From contig JBHGNT010000007.1 in assembly GCA_043228905.1 (NCBI GenBank), positions 62,001 through 126,000 of the forward strand: DNA of 64,000 nucleotides, given 5' to 3'. The position numbers and the translations under genes are program-made. Numbering within the stretch: the first letter of the stretch is position 1; each line of letters starts with the position of its first letter. The stretch comes from Azolla caroliniana (Eukaryota > Plantae > Polypodiophyta). A model generated the notes under the pieces. It had not been told where the DNA came from. It was given only the letters and a program-made list of their open reading frames with translations, and ran no database searches. Below are positions 54,481-64,000 of the stretch, in pieces.

Positions 54481-57400
54481 TCAATACTTAAACCGTTTCT
54501 CTATAACACTGTATGCAGGTATACTATTGACTGAAAAATAAAACAAACAACCATCAATGGTTACTGGAAAACAGATATAATACTTCAGTAAATGTGAAGA
54601 TAAAACAATCATATATTAATTAAGGTTTCATGCATAACAAATTATTATTTGAAACATACTCAATGCAGATCCTAGTTTCAATTGATCCATCCCTCTTGCA
54701 CTCCGTTATCAAAGGTCAAGTGATGATACCATATATAAATTTGAGAATAGAACCAGGTAACAGTTAAGAGTACCTGCGCCCCAGGATGCAAGAGTCGGAG
54801 GCCTGGACAAAATTTCCGATACAACTGTCTGAAAGTTCTGTAATGTCATATTCCTTATATCACTCACAAATCTGTTTATCGGTTTCCTGCACAAGACGCA
54901 TTTACTTTCAAGAAGCTCCTTCCCTCGGAGAAATTAAATATGAAGACTTTTCCCAATCAAGGAAGCTGACTTTGGAATGTGGACGTGCGCAAAGACTCAA
55001 ATGGTGACACAAACAGAACAAAAATTAGAATCATATAACTAGCAGGCTCAATTAAAGGATCAGAAGTCATTGAAACTAACATCTCAACTGTTCTAGAAGA
55101 GGAAAATTTCGCAAATAAAGAAGCCTCCATAAATAAATAAAGCCGATTTGAGTATTTCTCACCATTGCCTTCTTGTTTTCAAATTTTAGCATTCTCATTA
55201 CACTGTCATCATGTTGTTACATTTTTCCATTCTTTCCGAAGCATCCAAAAGTGATCACATCCGCCTATTATAGACATCATTTGCCTTAATCACAGACAGA
55301 AGTTTCAAGATTGTGAGGGTACAAGTACAACAACATGAAAATACAGAAAGCTATTAAGCTTTCCATTATTATCAAAATTATTTTCAACATGTAGATTCAC
55401 TGTCAAACTTCAGCAGCATGTGGTCAAATGTAAATTTGATGTAGATATAAGCGTAATACAGAATATGAGCGATTTTTCGAGCACTCAATATGAAATGAAA
55501 TCAAATTGTGGTTTTCAGCTTTCCATCTTTAAATAAATTACTTTCAATATATATATACTAACTGTAAATTTATTCACCTAACCACTACTGCAAAATCATA
55601 TTAACATGGAGATATAGAGGAGCTTGCAAAAAATTCGAATCAAATATACCTATGACCGTATGACAAAATTTGAGCAGCTATATCCTGAGCAGCAACTTCC
55701 TGCAGTAAGATTATACGTGTAAACACTAACAAATCAGTAATTCATTTGATTTGAAATCATTATAGGGGCCTCACCTTTGACTCTAAGCTCATTAAAACTG
55801 CTGATATTGTTGCATTCTTAGCTCGTTCAAACACACGTTGTGACACTGTTGTAAGCAGTTCAAAACTGGTCAAGGAACTAATGTCATCAAACTATAAGTT
55901 TCAACTACATATTGTGAAGTCAGTTTTTGTTCATAAAAATGGACTGTTGAAAATACATTGGATGCTAAGATGACTAAGAATAAAGAGCAATATGAAGGAT
56001 CACGTATCAAAGGAGGACAGGCCTTCAAGGGATATAAAGTTAGATACGTTTTCCAAAAGTAGAAAAAGCAGGAAAAAAAAGGCGTGGATATGAAGATTTA
56101 GGTAGAGAATAAAGCTCATAATTTCTTCCTCCAATATCCAAATTTCAAAAGAAAAATTTTTATAAAGACAGAGTTTTCCAAAAATATCTTGCACGTCAAA
56201 TTTGGTATTACAAAGGAGAAATAGTGATATAAAAAAGCACCCCATAAACTTGAGTATATTTTTTTAAAAAGCAAGAATAACAAAACCCAATCCTATAAAT
56301 ATGAGGGTATTCTTAGCCAGGGAGAGGAGGAACAAGAAGGTTAGAAGAAGTGAGAAGAGACTTAGTAGAAGAAAGAGAGAACAAGAAAAGACTATTATCA
56401 ACTAGAGTCATTGAGATGTAGTTCTTTGGTCTTGTGGTTATTTTTAGAGTCTAAGAAGATTGTATTGTTTGCATAATAGTATATTGAAGTATTATTTTCC
56501 CTTACTATTCTTTCCTCTAACTTATCTCTCTTCATCACATACCTTTGCCTGGGGTTGCCACAGACATCAGTTCTTTGCACACAATATCTACAGCATCTGG
56601 AACAAACTGTGATCCCTGTTGTGCAAAATATGTATTTGGATCAAATGTTTCATAGAATCTATCTAAATGTCCATGTCTACACCCATTCATCAGAATAAAT
56701 GAGTTACAATTTTTTGGTGCTCACTACCAAGCCCAAGTTCATGCAATATTCAGATATTTGGTTTCTACCCAGAAACAACCTATTATCTCACACTACTTTG
56801 TACATGTGATATGCTTTGAGCAGATATTTAAATATTGCGTTTATCTGGGGAAAACCTTTTAATAAAAAAGTAATCAAGAAAATGATTTAAATTATGGAGA
56901 TTTTGGCATACAATGATGCTCACCGTACAAAAATGCACTCCAAATAGCCCTGTGTCTTTATAGATTGAGCTAAATGCCACGATAGAGCTAAATTGTTGGT
57001 ATTTTCGTAAGACATGTCTATCTACAATCATGTTAATAATCAATATGAACATTAATGAATAGAATATCAAGAAAAGCATGTTGCATCAGTCAGAATTCAC
57101 TTACACAACCATGTATACATGCCCTTTCCAGGGCCCCCAGTTGAGAATGATTCCCCTCCACCTAAAAGGAACTGACACTTCAAAGTTCAATGAACCATTC
57201 AGACTGGAAAATATTATACTTAGGACAACATGAATCGGCTATGACAGCAACTGGCACCTCACCTTCAAAACAGTCGCATGATTTGCAAGTTCCTCATTCT
57301 GCCAACCATCAGGAACTTCAAATGCTAGTGCAAAATGGGTAATCTATAGTAAGAAAATAATCTATTTCACATGAGTAGAATATGACAATCAATTAACTGA

Positions 57401-57769
57401 CTGAAATGAAGAGGGCTTACGGCCATTTATATTTCATGGAAATATCACATAGTATATAAGGTTAGATAAACAACTCACAGGTGAATCATTTGACTGCCTC
57501 CAATCACCACCAATATACTCAAATTTTGGGACAGGAGTAGCTGTAATCATTGGAAGATCTGAAAATACTGGTTCAGCTATGGCAAGCAGATCAATATGGT
57601 TAACTCCAGATGCTGATAAAACCATTCGAGGGGCAGTAAAATTATTCTGCAAAAAACAAATCATAATTATAAAATTAAAGAATAGATGAATAAAAGGGCA
57701 CTTGAGAAAGAAAGCTTGCATTTCAAATTAGTGTGACAAAACTAAACCCTATCACGTATGTGACCTACT

Positions 57770-57859
<90 letters not shown>

Positions 57860-59021
57860 CTATCTATATATATATATATATATATATATGGACTTTCAAA
57901 GCCCAATCTTCAGATAAAAACAAATGTTAGAGTGGAGATTGAAGATCGTATAATTCAGAATAAGGGAACATGTATAAAAAGCATTTCTATGAGCATAAAC
58001 TTCATGTTCTTCTTTGTCTAGGGTAAGACACGATGAGCTTATAGGATTACAAACAGATCACTTGACATTTACTAAGGGAGAAAGTACATTATTGCACTTA
58101 GTAAACGGTTTTTATTTGAAGAACTTTGATGGCTTACATTAACAAACTCCCGTAGTATTCTCCCATTTAATGTAGATAGTGAAGATTCTGATGCTGAAAA
58201 ACTTTTTGAGTAATCACCAGCATATCCTACTAAATGCAGATTGTCCATCAATAGAGATTGAGGATTCCTCTTCAAGGCTTCTACTTCATCTTTCATAATC
58301 AGCAACTGGAGCAGAAAAGTTTGACCTTCAAATACAAATCAAATCAGCTTAATAAACCTGTGAAGATACTTTTTGGCATATTACCTTTTCTTGGACTTCA
58401 GACTCTTCAAAAATGGAATTGCGCACACTATCGACAACAAGTTCAACGATATGAGGCAAAAATGTCTTGATCCCATGACTGATATACACCATCTGATCAC
58501 GGGCTGACGTAAGACTCATTGATACTCCAATAGCTCGCAATTCTTCCAGAAACCGAGCACGTGAGCGGCTCTTGGTGCTTCCAAACACCATCTTTTCTAG
58601 CAAATGTGTGACTCCGTAGTTATTTGAGTCTTCGTATATACAACCAGAGTCCACGACAAGCCCAACGCTGACACAAGGACCCTACAGAAAACCTTCCCAA
58701 GTATAAGAGTCAATGCAAAAAACAAACCAAGTTGATTTGTAAGAAGTAGAGAAAAATACTCGGAAATTGCCAATTTTTCCATACTGAAGAATTCTCTGAG
58801 CCTATTCGTAGGCCACATGGAAGTGTAGTCATAGTAGTCTCAACTGGACCCAAGTAATCAGGTAAAGATGAGCATTCTTCTACTCCTTGCAAAGGGAACT
58901 TCATGGATGGGAATGTGCACGATCCCTCTGGACGTGAAGATGGCATTCCCTTATTTTTCCCACAATTCTCTATTTTAACTGTTACTAGACCTCTTTCCTT
59001 CAAATAGTTCATCTGCACCAT
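54481..59021 (-). CDS. Mitochondrial processing peptidase alpha subunit (peptidase M16 family, non-catalytic; complex III core protein in plants), spliced, about 490 aa; start codon uncertain
   Basis: GT-AG exons join in frame: 59021-58785, 58681-58385, 58305-58138, 57646-57479, 57343-57263, 57171-57105, 57021-56924, 56615-56543, 55845-55775, 55699-55650, 54886-54774 and 54530-54481 (TGA), total 1473 nt. Motifs: TTLPCGLRIGSE, VDSGCIYE, GVTHLLEKM (alpha-type, no HxxEH), FTAPRMVLSASGV, THFALAFEVP, glycine-rich loop GGGESFSTGGPGKGM, DTGLFG, RAKNATISAVLMSLES, QILSYG. Confidence 0.93.
57772..57889. repeat. Compound microsatellite (CT)n-(CTAT)n-(AT)n in an MPP-alpha intron
   Basis: Directly visible. 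Confidence 0.97.
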
Positions 59022-60539
59022 CCAAGGAGAGAATCATATGTACAGCCCTGATTTTAAAACATAACCAAAAGATAATTGTATAGTTCTATGCAAATTGGGA
59101 TGTATCTTCGTAAGAATGTGAATAAACTCCATAGGTTTCTTGGCTTGATGCGTATAAATCTACAAGAAAACCCCATGAATGTTGTGGTAGGAAATGGATG
59201 GTGAATAAATCAATGATAGGTTCTCCAAAAACCTTAGTTACACTGGTTTAATGCTGTTCTGTTTTATGAGCAAAGGATCTTGATTGAAACTTAGAGAGAA
59301 ACTACTATGAGTTGAAAAGAAACACATCAGAATTGAACATTTTTCTACAATAAATTGGGGCTGTGCTAAGAACTTGAAAGTTCAATGAGGTATATTTTTC
59401 CCTTACAAGATACAATATGTGGAGAAAACAAATACTTCAGAATATTGAGAAATGCATTGCAAAACAGGCAAATGTCAGAAAAAGTCTAAGTGCCAATGTA
59501 CATACATATGTAATATCATTATAAATCTACTTTTTTTGAACTTCTCCAGGAGTCTGCACTACTTATTTATATGTATGGCATATGATGGTATGATCCAGTT
59601 TTCATTCTTTATCTTCTTTTAAATCAATCAACTTAACGGTTTTTTGTCTCATTCGTGAAACACATTACAGCTGTTGACGTTTTTTATTGCCATATCGGGT
59701 GGTCCTAATACCATACATTGCAGACAAGACAGTGACACTATCTTCTATTATCACTGATTCTACAAAACTTTCGTCCAAAGTCACCCTTTTACAAAGAAGA
59801 CATCCGATTCTTCTCACAATAGCAAAAGCATCATTATCATAGGTCTTTCAAAGAATACCATATAAGCAAGTCTTAAAACTCGATGAAAGACAGAATATAG
59901 AAATGCGTTTCAGCTCCATATCACAACCTCGTCATATAAGCAAGCAGCAGTATATTCCTTTCTCTTGTATTGCTAAATGTAAAACCACAGAGAGTAGGTT
60001 GTTACCGTGCAATGAGAATACGAATGACGCTGAGATAGTATTCTCAACGCCATGTCTGCAAAACAAAGCTACTAAGTGTAACCTTTGAGTGAAAGTCGAA
60101 GTCGCAGTCTGCAGTCTGCAGAGAAGAATAGGAGGACTCGTTATTTTGTATAGACCCATATACATAGTTTAGAGAGTTACTGGTTAAAAAACTAGTAGTA
60201 TGTATGTATGTATATGTAGTGTTAGTTGGCTATGGACGGCCCCAAGCCCTTCCCGTTTGCCTTCGAAAGCAAATGGGTATCAATCAAATCTCATTGTCTG
60301 GACTGGACACATGCGTTTTTGGTAGGACAGCCAGTTCTAGTATGTGAGTTACTCTTACAACAACATTGATTAGTATGAGAGCTTGATCGATTGAGACCAT
60401 ACGGGAAACTTTATTTTTATCGTAGTATGTATCAAATTGAGTGTCAAGTTTTTTATTAACATTATGATATATATTCCATTGAGTTAGAAGTGTGTCGAGA
60501 GCATCTTACATGCATTGGCATCGTTGCCGACTTGTACAA

Positions 60540-61080
60540 CTTTTTGTAAGCTTTTGGACAAGTTGGAGTGCTAATGAAGTGTTGAGCAATATAAAAAAAA
60601 GGTTTGGCATAAGTTGAGCAACAAACCAATAGTTTAAAGGTTTTCCTAACCGCCATATTGTCTCGCTTAACTTTCTCTTCATTCAATAGGTGTGCCCTAA
60701 TTTGCAAGTCATTGGTAGTTTTAATTTTCTGCCTACCACTTCTCAGTTTTGTTTAATAACCTTTCTTATTATGCAAATTCTAACTAACTATATTTCAAAG
60801 TGAAATTGTTGTTGATTGCTAAAGCTTTTGGTAGAACGTTTTGTCAGCACTCAAGAAATATCATAACTTTTGGTCGGTAATTAAAGCCACAGATGGAGCT
60901 TTTCGTAAGCTATTGGGGCAACCAAGAGTGATAATGTCAAAGTTGAAATAGGTTGATCAAACCAAGAGTTTAAAGTTTTCTTATTACCATGTTCTTTATG
61001 GCATACCTTTCTCTAATTCAATAGGTGTGCCCTAGTTTGCAAGTGATTGCTAGTTTTAATTTTTACTCACCACTTATCTT
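60540..61080. repeat. Degenerate direct repeat, two copies about 335 bp apart
   Basis: AAACCAA(T/G)AGTTTAAAG...TTCAATAGGTGTGCCCTA(A/G)TTTGCAAGT(C/G)ATTG(G/C)TAGTTTTAATTTT...ACCACTT at about 60624-60740 and 60959-61076. Confidence 0.8.
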
Positions 61081-61099
61081 CGACTGGCCATTGCATATG

Positions 61100-61475
61100 C
61101 TTTTTAAGTTGTGGTCAACATTTAATACTCACTTTTGCAATGTCATAACAACTCAACTATGTGGTAAATTGGATTATAAAACATTGGGTCCTTTTTACAT
61201 TTTCATGTAAATAAACTTGGTAGGTTTTTGACTCGCTTCTTCTTCCATGCATTTGTATCCACAATGTGTCTAATACAATGCTCTTGGAGCCTTATTACCC
61301 ATTTTCTCTTCCCTATCACCAAATCATTACACCCATTTGGTTGTACATGAAGGCAAGAGGAGTTTGATGTAGAAAAGTCATAGATTCTTGACGAGCACAA
61401 TGATAACTACAATATCTTGAGTCATGAAAGGACTGCCTTCTTCTAAAGCCACCTGGGAACTAGCCAACCCCCCTC
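61100..61475 (+). mobile_element. Decayed Ty3/gypsy chromovirus remnant: integrase C-terminal GPY/F region plus chromodomain
   Basis: Read across frameshifts and stops: KLDYKTLGPFYI (61166-61201), IHNVSNTMLLEPY (61257-61295, cf. IHxVFHVSLLEPY), EEFDVEK.IDS (61357-61388), LQYL, LPSSKATWE (to about 61460). This is the expected domain order. Confidence 0.8.
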
Positions 61476-62467
61476 GACGATGTGCGTAAGGCTTAATATG
61501 CCATGTTAGTGACCTCTAAAGGAAGGTACACTCATGTGCATAATTTGTATTTAATCAAGTATAATATATCCAATCATTATTTGTGTATTTGTGTGCACGA
61601 GATGAATTTGCATTAGGTACACTCATGTGTATCTTTTTATTTCAACAAATAAAAACAACACCCTTAGGCTTATGAGATTCCAATATTTTAGAAATTCTAG
61701 GGTTTCTTTGTTGGTTTATTGTCAACTTAAATACCAATTTATTTACCTGTAGGTCTAATGTTCTTGAATAGAATAATGCCTTCAAAATCAATATCAATGT
61801 CCAATATCAATCATAAAGTTTGGGTCTAGATAGATCATGGCTCCTAGTCGCACACATTGTTTACGAATTACAATATATTCAACCAACTGCAAAAGCATGA
61901 TTTTGATCCTTGGCACTTTGTCTAGAAATTTTGTATATTTACATTTTCAAAATTCATCCCACCTTCAACTATAGCAAATTGTGAATGGAATATAGATTAA
62001 CAGCTTATGGAGACAAGCTCAAGCCTTGACCATTAATCCCTAATGTTAGGACAATGTGCAATGTTAGAAGATTATGAGCATATGAAGTCTAAGAATGTCC
62101 ATCTCAATAATCATTGGAGATGTTGATTGATACATAATGCTACACCATCACATAGACTTCTGTCCCAAATAACAATCCTAAGAAAAAATAATTTCCATCC
62201 ACTAGTTGAATGTTCTACATTGTTTGTGCATGCCACAATGTCAGAAAATGTAAGAGACCCGTAATTTCAATTTTCTACACTACAACCAAGAAATTGTGCA
62301 CATAACTTAATCCACATTATTACAACTTTCGTCTTACATGGAACATATCTCTAAAGCCAGATCCATGAAGATTGGCTGGTTGGCAATGAAGTTAGAACTC
62401 TACATCCAACTTCACTCAACTCATGGGAATCCAAGATTTTTCTTGAGGTTTAAAAACCCATCTCTAT

Positions 62468-63640
62468 CTAAGCATGGGCTAAAGAAACCACTTTCTTCCA
62501 AGCTAGTCTCTCAGAGATCCTCCTCCACCAGGCCCGCACATTCTACCTTGAATGAAACAACTCCGCAACCTCTGGCTTCGGCACAACATTCTGGAGGAAG
62601 GGCAAGTGTGTGAGATCCGCAAGACCAAATAAGTCTCCAACAAGATAAGGTGTTGTTCTCAACCTCTCCTCGTATATATCTAACACTTTATCAAACTTCG
62701 GGAGGTTGGGCTCCACAATAGAGAGGTCCACCGGTAGCCCTCTCATTGGTCACACAAAGAGTTGATAGAAGAAGGGTTGAAGTGCGGGAGTGAAGTTTTG
62801 AGACTCCACCTCAAGCCAAGCCATTGCTTTGTCAACGCCCTCTCTTCCAAAGTACTGCCACAGAGGGGTGTCCCTTCGTCCTTGTTCTTGTCAGGTACAT
62901 ACCGCACTATGGCTCTTGATTCTGCATGAACTTTTGTTTTTTAGTTTATCTATCTTAAGTCTACATATATTTGAACATGCACATAGTAAGACTATCTACG
63001 TATTCTCTGTCTTAGGCACAAAAGCTCCCAACATGCTATTCGCTTATCCACAGTAAATCCCGAGCCAACACTCGTTCTATATGGCTCACTTCAGTTTATG
63101 TATATGTGCCCGAATCATATTCGGGAAAACGTGTTAAGACAGCCATATACACACATATGGACATGGATATGGGGAAATGCAAAAATCTTAACCCGTGCCA
63201 TGAGAACACGGAACGAGGTTCACATAATAGAAGAGGTTATCATATAAGGTGATGTGTATATGGACATGGATATGGGGAAATGCAAAAATCTTAACCTGTG
63301 CCATCAGAACACGGGCGGGGTTCACATAATAGAAGAGGTTATCATATAAGGTGAAATCTCCATCTTGAAGCACGGGAACCACAGCAAAAGGCTGAGGGAA
63401 AAAAACATTATATGCTAGGGTTAGAACTTAGAATTATAGATCGAGAATTCCTTTAGAATTTCATTTTAGGAAAAACACCAAAAACTATGGAGGTGTAAAT
63501 ATTGGCAATTTCTTAAAACTTAAAAGAAAGAGTGGTTTGCTAAAGATATACATATATATGTATGTATGTATGTATTAGACAGAAAGTAAAACAGAGAGAG
63601 AGACGTACGTACTTGGTGAGAAGAAGTGGAGGATGCGTTC
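62468..63640 (-). pseudogene. GSTF: Phi-class glutathione S-transferase pseudogene
   Basis: The 49-bp exon 63391-63343 encodes PFAVVPVLQDGDFTLY. Exon 62921-62468 encodes (E)SRAIVRY...EERAL..QW/LEVESQNF...KVLDIYEERL...YLVGD.FGLADLTHLP...NVRAWW..ISER.AWKKV. Lesions: donor GT>AT at 63342, a 5-bp duplication frameshift at 62814-62823, TGA at 62752 and TAG at 62545. Exon 1 is recognisable only at its donor (63613/63612). Confidence 0.9.
63155..63354. repeat. About 102-bp tandem duplication spanning the GST exon 2 / intron 2 junction
   Basis: ATATGGACATGGATATGGGGAAATGC...TTATCATATAAGGTGA at 63155-63252 and 63258-63354, with a few mismatches. Confidence 0.92.
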
Positions 63641-64000
63641 CCGAGCTGTCCCCAGTGGAAGGCCTTCAGGCACTGATGGCACCGACCATCCCTACCGCAT
63701 GACCATCGATGACAGTGAGTAGATGAAATTCCTCTTGCAGATTGAATGCATGTATGTATGCGTGCGTGGAAGTATATCTGGGTGCCATAATCAATTCTGC
63801 ACATGCTTTCCATATAGGGTACAGGAAAGTTGTCCAGAAGAAACTTCACTTACAGAAGCTTGTATTAGCCCAGGTACCTTACCTCTTCCTCTCTCCTTAC
63901 CTTTGATTCAATACTTTCATGTAAAAAAGCACAGGTTTTCATCTTCTACATTCTATGCTATTGTCTGTGCTATGAGGTAATATATATGCACGATTTGTGT

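Noticed and set aside
53946-63980. Remaining short ORFs (e.g. 54786, 56000, 57733, 59903, 60462, 62338, 63723) as genes
   Set aside because: They are antisense to real exons, intronic, microsatellite-derived or lack recognisable motifs.

Overview
Eukaryotic (land-plant-like) genomic DNA showing the edge of a tandem satellite array. Bases 1-52499 are almost entirely a head-to-tail 178-bp satellite (roughly 285-290 monomers). It is built from three monomer classes arranged in nested higher-order repeats (HORs) of 3, 4, 5, 8, 10, 11, 12 and 13 monomers. The array is interrupted once (34561-35971) by a 1.4-kb non-satellite island. The island is not a transposon insertion: it is a copy of the array's own unique flank (52500-53914), carried in by a recent 15.6-17.9 kb tandem duplication with a 4-bp AATT microhomology junction. 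The array ends inside what looks like a truncated Ty1/copia-type 3' LTR. About 2 kb from the array edge lies an apparently intact 12-coding-exon gene for a divergent mitochondrial processing peptidase alpha subunit (minus strand). Beyond it are a decayed chromovirus integrase/chromodomain remnant and a phi-class glutathione S-transferase pseudogene. The repeated 64-aa ORFs are artefacts of the satellite. I see no new protein-coding system. The most novel signal is the readable record of satellite-array growth and homogenisation at a gene-adjacent boundary. All coordinates and comparisons were made by eye.
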